The notes under the pieces were generated by a model. The model was not told the DNA's origin and did not search any database. It saw only the letters and a list, made by a program, of their open reading frames with translations. The position numbers and the translations under genes are program-made. Shown here piece after piece: positions 27,430 through 40,470 of a DNA stretch of 64,000 bases. Location: assembly GCA_013265495.1 (NCBI GenBank), contig MU058718.1, positions 1,860,001 to 1,924,000 of the forward strand, in the 5' to 3' direction. This DNA comes from Vicugna vicugna (taxonomy: Eukaryota). The stretch's first letter is position 1. Every line of letters begins with the position of its first letter.

Positions 27430-28690
27430 GAATCTGTCTGGAGTCCACTCACCTCTGAGCACCGTCACCACCACCTCTATAGTCCAGGTATTCCCCTCCA
27501 GTCCAAGGAGTCACCGGTGACAGTAGCCTTCCCATGGGTCTCCCATGTTTAGCCATATAGTCTGTCCCATTAAGTCTATCCTTTCATCACGTTAGTCAGC
27601 TACTCAAAACTCTGCACTCTGGATCCTCACCTCGTTCAGCTTAGAAGCCAGAGTCTTTAATGTTGCTCGCCAGACTCCAAGTGATCCGGCTCTCTGTTTG
27701 CTCTCTGACCTCATCACCTACCCTGCTCCCTCCTGCTCACTATGTTCCAGCTCCATTCCAACTTGGCAACCAGCAAGCTGCAGCCTCGGGGCCTTAATAA
27801 ATTATGCTTTGCTGCATAACAGATTATCCCAACACTTGGTGTCTAAAGATAACAGTGCTTTATTATTTCTCAGTTTTGGAGGGTCAGAAAGCTGGGAGTG
27901 GCTGAGCTGCAGGGGTTTTGACTCAAGGTCTCTGATGAGGTTGCAGTCAAGCTTTCAGCGGTGGCTACCATGTCATCTGAAGGCTCAGCTAGGGGAGGAT
28001 CTACTTCTAAGCTCACTCACAAGGTTGTTGGCCAGGCTCAGGTCCTCGTGGATTTGGGGACTAAGGACCTCCTCTCCTCCCTGGCTGCTGGCCGGACACG
28101 GCCCTCAATTTCCTGCCATGTGAGCCTCTCTGTAGAGCAGAGAGCAGCTCTCCTGGCAGCTAGCTCCCTCCAGGGAGAGTGATCTGAGAGAAAATGAACA
28201 CCCAGAATGGAAGCTGTAATCTTTTTAAAAGCTAATCTCAGAAGTAACATACCATCAGTTCTGCCATGTTCTATTTATTTCAAATTCAGTGCACACTCCA
28301 GGGCAGGAGAGTCACGCTCCTTCTCTTAAAGAGCACCAAGCATTCACGGACATATTTTTTATAACCATCAGCAGACCGTTGCACCTGTTCACCATCAGTC
28401 AGGGATCACTGCCTGGCTGAGTTCTTCCCTTATTCAGATCTCTGCTCATCAGAGAGGCTTCTTGTGACCTTCCTTCTTAAAGTAGCAACATCCTTCCCTG
28501 TCCCCTTCTTCTGGTTCTTTTTTCATAGCCCTTACTATCGACATATTAGGTTTTACTTGTTTACAATTTATCTTCCCACTAGAATATGAGCTTGATAAAG
28601 GTAGCAACTTTGCTTTTCATGCTGTTAAATCCCTAGTACCCTAGAATTATGATTGGCATAGAGTAAGCACTCAGTAAATACTTGTAGGGA
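27430..28690 (+). mobile_element. L2 3' region interrupted by an MLT1 LTR
   Basis: L2 motifs at 27430-27790 and an L2 tail (ccactagaatatgagctt...gcactcagtaaatacttg) at 28380-28690. Confidence 0.6.
27800..28370 (-). mobile_element. MaLR LTR (MLT1E/F-like)
   Basis: ttgctgcataacagattatcccaacacttggtg...gaggttgcagtcaag...tcatctgaaggctcagct. Confidence 0.7.
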
Positions 28691-28888
28691 GAGAGGGGAT
28701 AAGGCAATTCCAGAAAAGGGGGCCCCATCTTTAGTGTCTTCCAGATGGAGACCTGGTTCATGTCTAGGGCCAACTGTCCATCCAGTGCAGCCCTTCAGGT
28801 CTTTAGGAAGAATCTCAGGTGCAGATGGCAGGCAGGAAGGAACTTGTGGCTTTTCAAGGAACTTATGGCTTTTCTCTCTATGGGGATT

Positions 28889-29344
28889 TGAAGTGGGTTG
28901 AATTGTGCTGCCAAAAACGGTATGTCCAAGTCCTAACTCCCAGTAACTGTGAATGTGACTTTGTTTGAAAATGAGGTCTCTACAGGTGCAGTTAAGTGAA
29001 AGATCTCTAGAGGAGATCATCCTGGATTTAGGATAGACCCTAAATTCAATGGTTGGTGTCCTTGTAAGAGGAGAGTGAGATCTGAAACACAGAGGCACAG
29101 AGAGAAGGCTAAGCAAAGATGGAGACAGAGATGGGGGGTATTTGTGCTGCCATAGCTGAGGAAAGCCTGAAGCTGCCAGAAGAGGGAAGGCAGGAATTTC
29201 CCCTGGAGCCTTCAGAGGGAGCGTAGGCCTGCCAACACCTTGATTTCGACTTCAAGCCTCCAGAACCATGGGAGAATGCATCTCTATTGTTTAAAGTCAC
29301 CCAGTTTGTGGTCATTTGTAGAGTGGCCCTAGGAAACCAACACA
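28889..29344 (+). mobile_element. MaLR solo LTR (MLT1C-like), complete
   Basis: TG...CA termini, 456 bp, perfect 5-bp TSD GGATT (28884-28888 / 29345-29349). Confidence 0.9.
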
Positions 29345-29829
29345 GGATTTAAGCACTTCTCTGAGATCCTGTCTCTTGGGCCTCTGGTTATAAGTGATTA
29401 GAAGAATCCTCCCCATGACTAACATGAAAATTAATGACTCAGATCATTTTTCATAACCTACATGCCAAATAAAAACCCTTTAGAAGCATGTCGCTAACTG
29501 CATATATAGCTTTTAAAAAAACAACTTGCTTATATAGGCTTAGAATTCTCTAAATTCAAGATACAAGAAATAGCATCATTTGGTGCCTCTGCTGAAGGGG
29601 ACAAGGATGGAGGAACAAAGGTGAGAGAGAGACATTTTGAAGTGTACATCCTTTTGTGCTACTGGAGGTTTTATCTTGTGTCTTCCTTTTTGTAACAGGC
29701 AAACCCACAATTAAGAAAAAGTAGTGTAGCATTGCTATTGCTTCTATAAAGTGGGATGCAGTTTTCAAAGAGTTACATAAGAGTCTTATTTAGCCAACAA
29801 TTGCTTAGTCAAAAACAAACATCTATCAA

Positions 29830-30255
29830 ACTATTCATTCACTTATAGAAAGAACAGTGATAGAAGCAGAGAGTAGAATGGTGGTTACCAGGGGCGGGAG
29901 GAGGGGGAAACAGGAGGTGTTGGCCAAAGGCTACACGGTTTCAGTTGTGCAAGATGGCTCAGTGCTAGAGACCTGCGCTACAGCAGAGTGCGTGTGGTTC
30001 ATAATACTGTTCTGCGTGTCCCAAACCTTATTTAAAAGGTGGATCTTGTGTTAAATGTTCTTATCACCAAAAAAAAAAAAAAAGAGAGAGAGAGAGAGAG
30101 GAGGTGGAAACGTTTAGAGGTGATGGTTAAGTTTACGGCAGTGTTTGTTGTGGTGACAGTTTCATGGGTGTATGTTTACTTGCAAACTCATCACGGTGTA
30201 TACGGTAAATATGCACAGCTTTTTTTGTATGTCAAGCATATGTCAATTTAAAAAT
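29830..30255 (+). mobile_element. L1MA/MB-like 3' end with internal A/(AG)n tract
   Basis: tagaagcagagagtagaatggtggttaccagggg...caaactcatca. Confidence 0.8.
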
Positions 30256-31429
30256 ATTTTGTAGAAAGGATAGTGATATTACAAAGAAGAGTTTGGCACA
30301 CAATTGTGAGATTTTGGTGCTTTGTTATATTGCTACTGCCTGAAATCCGTTTGCAAATCAAATTTGTCTTCCTCCACTTATTTAATTTCTGTGTTATAAC
30401 TTTGGATTGTTAGGGTATGTTTGCACTTCTCATGGTATGGTTGGGTAAAAGTGAGGGCATGCTGGAGTGATTATTACCACTAGATTCTTAAAAAAGAATG
30501 GCAGTGACCCCAGAATGCAGTTCATTTTTTGGTTTGTTTTTTTTTTTTTCCCCAAATAGAAAGCTGAGACAAGCTTATGTGTGAATGTTGAATTTAAGCA
30601 TAATGATTTAATGATTCTTGTGTCTGGCAATAAGTAAGGATTTTGGGAGACCCCAAATAAAACTATGCTCACTGAGTCTCATTTCTTCTTTCTCTCATTC
30701 ACATGTATTGCCTGTGTGTGCCTTGTAATGTGTTAGAGGCCAAGGATAAAAGCAATAAGGTGGGGAATCTGCTCTCGAGATGGGGACAGACTTGTAACTG
30801 AGTGTCCGATTCACGATGCTGGGCACAGTAATAGCACACAGCAGCTCGCGCCAAAGGAGTGACTTGCCGTGTTCGGGACCGTCGGGAATTTCGAGGGGAC
30901 AGCTCATACAGTAAAAGTCGTAGAGACGATTAATTTTGTTAATGCATCCGTTATGAACTATATTACAATACCATAACTATAACACCAGGCCATCTAAACA
31001 GAATTGGTTTTCTCTCTTATATTATGAACGTCTGGGATTCCTGGCAGTGTATATTCCTGATGTGCACTTAGCAAATTTCAAAGACTGTATTGGGCTTAAT
31101 CACATATGTTGTGGGAGGAGGATGACCATCTAACTTGGAAGCAGAAAGTGGTTTCTCTGTAAGGAAAGTAGAATAAAGGAACAATACATTTTGAAATTAG
31201 GATTTGACCTTCTTGGCTAATTCATGTGGTCCGTGTGCTGCACTGCTCTTTGCAGTTCTCACTGTTAGGAGCTGGACACACTTTATCAAATCATTTTGAA
31301 TAGTGTGGTTCAATCAAGAGGTTTAGTCTTGACTTAAAATTTTTACAACTTAAAAAAATTTTTTTCAGTTAAAAAATATTTCAATATAAACTCAGTACAA
31401 AGCAGTTTTGCTAAGGTCATCATTTCCAT

Positions 31430-31850
31430 CCTATGGCAGAAAAGCTAGCCGCCTCTCCTCTCCTTCCTGGGCACACGGCTGGACCACATGTCCCAGCCCT
31501 TCCCCACCCCGCGCCCTTGCAGACAGGAGCAGCCCTGGGACTGAGTCCCAGCCAAGGGGAGGGGCTGAAGCGGTGTGTGTCAGGGCCGGTCCTGGCCCTT
31601 TAAAGCCCCCATGCTTGATCCTTTTTGCTGTTTGCCACTTGCAGCTGGCTGGAATGCAGATGACCCCCCGGGGCCCACCCTTAGAAGCCACCAGTTAAAG
31701 ACAGCAGCCCAGGGGCCCAGGACTAACTACACAAGGGGGAGCCCCACTGACTCCTGGGGTTCACACAGTCCTGTGAACAAGAAACAGCTCTCTGGTATTG
31801 GAGCTATTACAGGTTTTAGGGTCAATTTGCTACCATAGTTAGCTTTTGCT
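31430..31850 (+). mobile_element. Old MaLR LTR (MLT1H/I-like)
   Basis: ttcctgggcacacggctggaccacatgtcccagccct...gactgagtcccagccaag. Confidence 0.55.
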
Positions 31851-32199
31851 AAGTTATAGAGCTGCCTAGCAAAAATTCTTCTGGCTGACTTTTGGGAGGG
31901 AGGGAGGAGACACGAGAAAGGACGAGTTGAGGGAAATTTAATTATACTGTTTGTGCTAAGCCTCTATGTTTTGCCTCTTTGAACCCATGCCCCATCCTTT
32001 TGTACCCTGCTTTCCTCCTACGTCTCTGGGCCTCTCAGGCCTGGGAGATGAGTGGGAGGTCAGGCTATTTCTTGCACTGGTTTGCTCCCTGTGAGGTCCA
32101 GACCAAAGTTCCCAGCTCCTCCCAAGCTAGTTGTTTTAACGACTGTCTCACTGCTTCCGGATCCGAGTAGTGGTTCCCTGCCCTTGTCCTTGAGCGCTA

Positions 32200-32575
32200 G
32201 GTCTTAGCCAGCTTAGTCAGCCTCGGCTGCCATGACGAAATACCGTAGACTGGGCGGCTTCCTCAACGGAAATGTATTTCTCACAGCTCCGGAGGCTGGG
32301 AGGCCTGAGACCAGGTGCCACCCGGATCGGCCGCTGGTGAAAGCCACTTCCGGGCTTGCAGACGGCCGCCTTCTTGCTGCGTCCTCTCTGGTGGGGGAGC
32401 TCTCTGGTTCCTTCTCGTAAAGGCGGTGATCCCATCATGCGGACCCACCTGCATAACCTCATCTAAGCCTGATTACCTCCCCAAGGCCCCACCTCTTGAA
32501 ACCATCACTTTGAGGGGTTAGGGGCTTCAGCATATGCATGGCGGTGTGGGGGTCACCAACATGCCGTCCATAACA
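32200..32575 (-). mobile_element. MaLR solo LTR (MLT1A-like), nested in an older ERVL LTR (LTR33-like, ~31950-32750)
   Basis: Collinear with the copy at 8849-9210 and ends ccataaca. The flank carries gagtgccatctgtttcctg, an LTR33-like end. Confidence 0.8.
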
Positions 32576-33719
32576 GGCCTAGGCGTATGTTGTCGGCCAG
32601 GCTGCTGCGAGACCAGGGTCACCATGGCATTCCTTGCCCACACCTACCCTGCGCCCACACCTGTGTGTCGTCCCTCTGTAAATAACCCTCCTAGAATCTG
32701 CCGCCTCTGAGAGTGCCATCTGTTTCCTGTGAACACTCTGAGACAGTACCGCTTTGTCTTAACTCTCAAAAATAATAGTAACCAATACTGTACATATTAC
32801 CAAACCTAGTAAGGCAGTTGTACACTTTAGGACAATAACTCTCACGAGCAGCAATTCACGGGCTAAGTGTTCCACCTCCCTCTTCAGTGGTAGCAGAAGT
32901 CTCTCCCCAGTCCATACCTAATACCTAAGTCCCCTTAGCCTTTACCTCCCAATGTGAACCCTTAGCCACCAGGTCCAAGGCTGGGTTCAAGGCCCTTCAT
33001 AAGCTGGTCTCTGTCTCCTCTCCAGCATTATCACTGCCATTTCCTTCTGCCTCACCCCCTCCACGCCACAAGCTGGGGGAATCTTTCCTCTGTGACCCTA
33101 CACATCACATGCCCTCTCTCTGGATCCCCTCCCATCATCATCTTTCTTGACTCCTGGTGGTCTTTGCAAATTCAGCTCCTCTCTCTCTCTCCTGCTGGGG
33201 GAATCCTGACACCTCTACCCAGCCCACACCCTCCCCACCACGCACATGCGTACCTTCCCAGCCAGAAGAGGCTCACTGCTACAGTCCTGTCACACTGGCT
33301 CACACCGCTTTACTCACCTGCCCCTACTCCTGGATCCTGATTCTCTTAAGGACTGGAGCTATTAGTAATGTCTGTGTCCCTATAATAGGTACTTAATAAA
33401 TGTTTGTTGAATGCATGTCTCCAGTGGCTTTAGGCTTTTGTTAAAAACTTGCACATGCACTGGACTTCCTGTAGGGGACCTGGATAAAGCTGGTACCAGA
33501 ATAGAGGCGTGTTCCTTCTCTCCCCATTCACTCCTCTACAAGAGCTGGAGATGGGAGAAGAGTCTGTTTCTCTTCCAGCGTCTCTGCACCTCCCTCCTTC
33601 CCATTTCATGAAGACATAACTCACCACCCCTGCCTTTAACATGTTCAACTTACCCCAAATTCCCAATGAATAGGACCTGAGTTACTCAAGTTTTGCGGTT
33701 ATATACTTTAAGTCTTTTT

Positions 33720-34230
33720 TTAATTTAGTTTTCTGCATAGGTAATACAGTCTCATGGGTCAAAACCAAAACATATAAAAGGTTATACAGAGAATTATCTC
33801 CTCTCACTCAACCCATGTTTCCATTAACCCAGTTCCTACCCTCCATGCCTAACTAGCCTTCTTAATTGCTTACATATACTTAGTTCCAGAGTTGTTTAAT
33901 GCACATACAAGCAAATTTCAAATATACATTCTTACATTTCCCTCTTCTTTACCATGACATACTTTTTTTTAGTGATTCTGAATCTTAGTTTATTTGTCTT
34001 TAAACATGGAAATAGTATTTTTATAACATAGTATTTTTATTTTGATGCATGACATACTGTTTTGAACTGGCTTTTCTTTTTAACTAACATGTTTTGGAAA
34101 CCTTTCCTTCCCTGTTTGTAATTTGCTGCTTCATTCTTTTGTACAGCTGCACAGTATTCCAGTCTATGGATGCAGCATAATTTTAATTAAGCCAAACCTT
34201 TATTGATAGACATTTGAGTTGCATCTGATT
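33720..34230 (-). mobile_element. Old L1ME 3' remnant (hosts a small retroposed insert)
   Basis: cattcttttgtacagctgcacagtattcc...tattgatagacatttgagttg. Confidence 0.65.
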
Positions 34231-35998
34231 ATTTTTTGTAAATAATACTTATGTTAATGCACATTTAATTTTGACATAATGCTGTATGTAATTCAATATA
34301 TACTTCTTTGAACATTTTGACTTTATACTTTATTTCAAAAAACTTTTCATATGTGGACCAATCAATACATGACATTTGCTAAAGGATAAATTAAGGTTAG
34401 ACCACAAATCAATGACCTGAAAAAGTTATTTAACTTTATGAGTTCATTTCTGGGCACTTATCCATAAGAATGTTGGACGATGCAGCAGAGGATGAGTTCA
34501 TTTCAATGAAACAGGCAGTGTATGTGTAAACTTTGCAGTTTCTGCCAAGGTCATTTGGACAAAGCAGTATTCCAGGGTTCCCCTTGGGAAAAAAGCTCAA
34601 TCATTTTGGTACTTTAGATGATCAGTAATACTTGAATATTGTTTGGGATGCTAATGTGTTGTATTCAGCAGAGGTTTACAAAAAGGGGAAGACTCAGCAT
34701 GTCCATCCACATTCAGAGCATGGGCCTTTGGAGGAGGGCATAGTGCTTCAGGGTCAAGACGAAGCTCATTCCAGAGGCTGAGAGGTCAGCTGGGCGTTCC
34801 CTGTCTGCTCCCAGTACAGAACAGACATGAGTGGGATTCTGTATGTTCCTCCTGTACATACTGCTGCTGTACAGGCTGGTGTACACTTGGCCACAGGGAA
34901 TTCCACCCAGCCACCCGCTCCTCGTGGCTGGTCGGCAGGAATGACTAGTGAGGAGAGCCCTCAGGCATGGCTCAGGCTACATCGTGGCAGTGATGTGCTG
35001 AAAAAGGGCCAATCGAATCCTGCTGGAACTTACTAAAATCTTGTAAGAGCTCATCTCCTCCAAGGGGAGCAATGGGGGTCTTATGAAGCTACTCAGCCTA
35101 AACAATGTCTGGGCTTTAGACCAAACCTGTAAGACCAGACACATCTCTCTCCGGGAGCTGGACCTCCACGTCCTCTGAGGCAGAATCAGCTAAGGACACT
35201 CAGCGAGGCCACTCCACCCTCTGCCAAATCTTGCTAGCAGGACCTGGAGACCTAAATTCATCTAAGGCAGGGAGATGCTCCATCTCCTTTATCTCTATAA
35301 AGATGATGTATATTTTATACTTTCCAGAGTGAAGGTCTTTTTCTGGTTTAAGAAAATGAAACAAAAGAAAAAGATGAAGGTAAAATCAGAGGTCTAAATT
35401 AGAAGGAACTGTTGCTGAAGAATATAGGTTAAAAGCCTTTTTATGAATAGTTTTCACAAACCTTGGCTTTTATTTTGACCATTAACCTTCCGAACCCTTT
35501 CTGAGTTTCTGATAATGATATTATATATATTTTATAGGTTTCTAGAACTCTCTCCAATTAATTCATTCCACCTATTCCCATCTCACCAGTCATCAGTTTG
35601 GAAACCCTAAATTGGATGAACTACTCTATTCTGATACTAGGTCAAAAAATGTTTAATTATATTGTGGTTCCCATGTGTTTGTTTATTCTTGCCACAAGTC
35701 TTCAGTGAACACTTAGGAGTTCCAATTCTGGTCATCTGGGGATGCATCAGTGAGCAAAACCAGGAAAACCATGCCTCTACCAATTTCTCCACTGAAGTAT
35801 AGACTGTAGGTATGATCGAAGGATGGAATGGTTTTGCATGATCAATAGTTGAACATGGGTCAGTTTCATAAACTGATTTCCAGTGCTTCTCAAGTTCAAA
35901 TATGGTCCAGAGAGAAAGGTGAGCCCTTTTGTTAACGATTTTACTTTTTTTCTTTTTCTTCCTTCAGTTTTCCCATTCATCTCCTTGGTCTTCCCCTA

Positions 35999-36022
35999 AC
36001 ACACACAGACACAACGCGTGCG

Positions 36023-36054
<32 letters not shown>
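35999..36054. repeat. Compound (CA)n/(CG)n alternating purine-pyrimidine microsatellite
   Basis: acacacagacacaacgcgtgcgcacgcgcgcgcacacacacacacacacacaca. Confidence 0.95.
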
Positions 36055-36133
36055 AGCCTGTCTTTGCAATCCTCCTGACTGAACCTTCATGTAATTAAGT
36101 GCTTAACTAGAATTTGGTATTGTGATGTTGATT

Positions 36134-36600
36134 TGTTTCAGTTATCTATTGCTGTATAACAAACAGCCCCCAAATTTAGTGGCTTAAAACAACAGCCAGG
36201 AGTTATTTGCTCAGGAGTCTGCAGATCAGGAATTTGGGCTGGGCTCAGCTGGGTGGTCCTGCTTCACGTGCCATTGGCTGTGCTCACTCATGGAGCTGCA
36301 TTTAGGTGAGAGTTTGGTTAGGGCTGGAATATTCCAGGTGTCTTCAGGCCTCTCTCCACTACTCTTTCTCCAGCAGAGTGGAAGGACTTCTTACACAGCA
36401 GCTGGCTTCCAAGATGGAAGACCAGCCTTGGAAATTACACATCTTCTTCCATCACATTTTATTGGTTAAAACTGGTCACAGAGCCAGCACAGATCAAAGG
36501 GAGAGGACACATACGACCCTTCTTGTTGCGGGGATGGCAAGGTCACAATGCAAAACAGCATGTGGGAGGGGCGATATCACTGCAGCCATCTTCACTGAAG
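36134..36600 (-). mobile_element. MaLR LTR (MLT1H/I-like)
   Basis: tgtttcagttatctattgctgtataacaaacagcccccaaatttagtggcttaaaacaac. Confidence 0.75.
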
Positions 36601-37329
36601 CATAAACCAGTGTGCAGACCTGTTCGATGTTAGCTGGTAAAATCCACTATAAACCCCAGCCGTGGGTGGTAGTAGTAAACCTAGTATTAGTTCATTTGTT
36701 TTCTCTGTGTGTGTCTGTCTGCTTTTTACTAATCAGTACCTCAGCTATAAAGGGTGTTTTGAATTATAATCCTGAGTTCCATGAGTATCCGTCGGTATTT
36801 TCAGCTCCAAGGCACAAGAAGTAATTCTGGCTAACTTAAGCAGAAGGGGCTTTTTGTTGGTTACCAGTTAGTTTACAGAAGATAGGAAAGTTGGAGAACT
36901 AGACTCAGAACATAGACAGAACCCAAGAAAGGCTGGGTGGAAGGAGCATCCACAGTGACCCCAGAAGGACACTCTGGGCAGGCACTGCTGCTGGTGCTGC
37001 ACACTGTGGACACTGCGGCCCTGGGGCTCACGCCGCCTCCATGCCTGTGCCTAAGGCTTCAATTCTTCCTCTCATAGCACCAAGTCCTGACTAGAACAAT
37101 TAGTTGTCCAGTCTATCTGCTCCCTCATCGACCAGGAAGTGGGGAGAGGGTCTTTCCACTTCAAAGATTGGGGCTGGGGGTATTCTGCCTCTCACCTAGA
37201 TTTACACGATGGAGTGTCCCCCCAAATACAAACAGCTACCTGATGCTGAGCATCCAGTAGTCATAGCTAATAACAGAAAATTGTCTTGATCCAGCCCCTG
37301 CAACTTCGCGGACCTCAATTGTTACTCAC

Positions 37330-37725
37330 TCTGCTGCAGCCTCAATGCCAAACACCAAGCTTGCTCCTGCCTCAGGGCCTTTGACATGTTGTTTTTACAT
37401 CTAAAGTGCTCTTTCTCAAATATCTGCATGGCTCTCTCACACCTTACTCAAACATCACCTTCTTCTAAGGCCTTCCAATAGCCATTCTACCTCAAATTGT
37501 AAGGCTTCACCCTACACTTTCTATCCTCCATCTCTGCTTTTCTCTCTTTTTAACTCTTACCATTAGCTAACATAGTATTTGTATATATTCTCTTCAGCCC
37601 TAGAATGTAAGCTCCATGGAGGCAAGAATTTTAGTCTGTTTTGTTCAGTGTTGTGTCCCCAGCATCTAGAAGAGTGCCTGGAATATAGTAAGTATTCAAT
37701 AAAAGTCTTGCTCAAAATGAATGCA
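37330..37725 (+). mobile_element. L2 3' end
   Basis: gcctcagggcctttg...ctagaatgtaagctccatgg...agtgcctggaatatagtaagtattcaataaa. Confidence 0.85.
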
Positions 37726-39199
37726 GAGCCAGTGTCTACATGATCCCTTTGAAACCTCTTTTGGAGCCCATTGGTTACATGATTGACAATGATTCTTCTT
37801 AGAGAAGGATCCTCCTACCCATCTGTCTACCTAGAATATGTTTTTCTCGTTTTAATTTTTTATAGAAGACAGCATGAAAAATTTTGATAGCTTGAAAAAC
37901 TGTTGAATTTATGGTTCCTTTTCCTTCAGTCAGGCTTACCCCTCTGCCTAGGAGGAAATTAAATGGGTCACACAAGGATCATTTATTATAAAACCATACC
38001 TTGTGCTTTGTTCTCTTCTCAGCGTTTCTAAATTCATTTTTGGCTGATTTACCGCACTACTTTTCAGGGTATTGCCACAAGCTCAATACTTTCCAAGGTC
38101 ATCCCTCTCATCCTTCATTCAGAAAGACAGGAAGTTGGCCTTTTTCCAGTTTTCAGGCAAGCGTTTGTCCTCAGGAGCTGCTGCAAGCAAAGCAGCCCCA
38201 CAGTGACCTTAACTAACTCAGCATGTATCCCAGGAGGGGAAGCATCAGGCCCCGCCCAGAGCCTGGAACACACTGACGGCAGTGTTCAAATCGTCTTCAG
38301 TGAGTCCAACACAGGGCTGAGGGTCTGCTGAGGGCAAGGCTGTGCTAGTTCCTCCCTTTCTGCGGTTTGATGTCCTGCCTCCTTCTCCGCGGAGGAGCTC
38401 AAGCCCTGCCATCTGCACACTTGGGCAAGCAGGAAGCAGGAGGGAGAGGATCCAGTGACTTTAACAAGCGCTTCGTGGCATCTCACACTGGTGGCCCTGG
38501 CAGGGGGCCCAAAGGCAGTGGTCCTGTTTCTGATGCTAGTCTATTTCCCTGTTCCTGTGACAACTGATAAAGATGATCTCTCATTCATTCATTCATTTGC
38601 AGAACACATTCAAATAAATGACATGTTTCATTAAGTTGGATGGTCTTCATGTCCACAAGAAGAAATAAATTTAAACAGATGAGTTTTGGGTGTTAAACGC
38701 TTTAATTTTAAAACTACAGAAAATTGGAACCAATACAACAAAGCCCACATTCCTACCACCCAGAATTGGCAACCATTACCATTTTGTCTTATTTTGTTTC
38801 CAGCCTTAAAAACAAAACAAAACAAAACAAAACCGTACAGCACATAATAGAAATTAGGATACCGTGAAAGGGCTTACAGTAAATAGTAAGTCAGTCCCCT
38901 GCCGCTAGACCCCTGATCTTCTCTTTCAAGGCAACTTCTATTACAGGTTTCTTGTATTTCCTTAAAAAGATATTCTATGCACATATCAGCCTGTATGTAA
39001 ATGTGTTCTCTCCCCTCTTTTTCTTTTTTTTCACAAATGGAAGCTCATAATATACAACATTCTATATCTTACTTTTTTCAATTCAGATATCTTGGAGACT
39101 GGTGAAACAGAAGAGTTTTAAGTCTAACATGAGAAAGTACTTTTAAGCTGTCATGATGATAAAATTCTGGAGTGAGTCTCTAAGACTGATACTAGTTTC

Positions 39200-39671
39200 A
39201 GCTCTCAGACCACTTCTGCCACCAAATGCACAAGTTGCAGTTGTTGAGAAGCCGACTGTGTAAAGGAGATCAGCGTGCAGGAATTTCATTAGGAAGTGCT
39301 CTTGGAGCCAACACCTAGGGGAGAAAACAGAAGAGGGGGAAAAGCAGAAATGAGCAGAGAGAAAGTTGGCATCGCAATGCAGTCTCCGCTAAGGCCTCAT
39401 GACCCCTTGGGGAGCCGAAGCTGGAATGGCCTTTCCAAGTTGTCCTCAATCAGGAAGGAGTCCAGGCCTTTGTACCTCCACATCAGTCAGTCCTGGGATG
39501 CAGATGGCCCTGGGGAGGGTGTGATCTTGGGCTACATGGTCTCTAGCCAAGACCATTTCCACAGAAGGCCAGCAGCTAAGGGCTATCTGCCAGTGGCACT
39601 CCAAAAATAGGAGGACTAAGTTCTTCATCCCTGATGGGGGATCTGGGCAAAGCATCGTGGTATCCACTACA
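39200..39671 (-). mobile_element. ERVL solo LTR (LTR16-like)
   Basis: The reverse complement begins tgtagtggat...gcccagatccccc. Subfamily assigned from memory. Confidence 0.6.
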
Positions 39672-40470
39672 ACAACAACAAAAAAAATGTTCTAGTTTTT
39701 AGGACTACATTCTATAGCATTTAGGAGTGAAATTTCATGATATATAACTTTCATGATATTAACTTTCAAATGGTTCCAGAAAATATATCTGTGGGAGTGT
39801 GAGAAAAGGAAAGACAAAGAGATAAAGCAAATTTACAAAATGCTACAATTAGTGAATCTAAGCAAAAGTTATATGGATGTTCATAGTTCTTGCGATTTTT
39901 CTATGGCACTGATGACATAGTAAGAGATGTTAGCACTAAATGACATGACTTGTTAAAGGCAGAGTTTATAACTAGCTAAGGTCATTATGCTAGAGTTTCC
40001 TGGTGACATGATTAGGGGTGGGGACAAAAAGCTTGCTGAGTCCCCACTGAGGTCTCCTCCCAACTGATCAGACCTCATTCTGGATAGGAAGGATTTTCCA
40101 CCAACCCAAACATGTCTTTAGGAAGGATCATGGAGAGATTTGAGAAGACATGCTCTCTGCACATCATTGTAAAGAAAAAGCACCCCAAACTTACAAATAG
40201 GACAAAAAGTACTGTGTGCCCTTTCCATATTCTTCTAGAGCATTATCTAACAAGACTGCCTAACAAGCCTGATTGTCAAGGAAATGTGATTTTGTTTGGT
40301 TGACCATTTACTGTTGATTAGAGCCTAGACTCTATAAAGTTAAATATTGCCATAGAAAATTGATGATTTTTGTCCAGTCAAAAAGAGGTTTCAAAGGTTA
40401 TGGTTTTACTGCTCTTAGGACATTTATCAGTTTTGTATCTAACTTTGCCATCTTATTCCAGTATTCTTTT

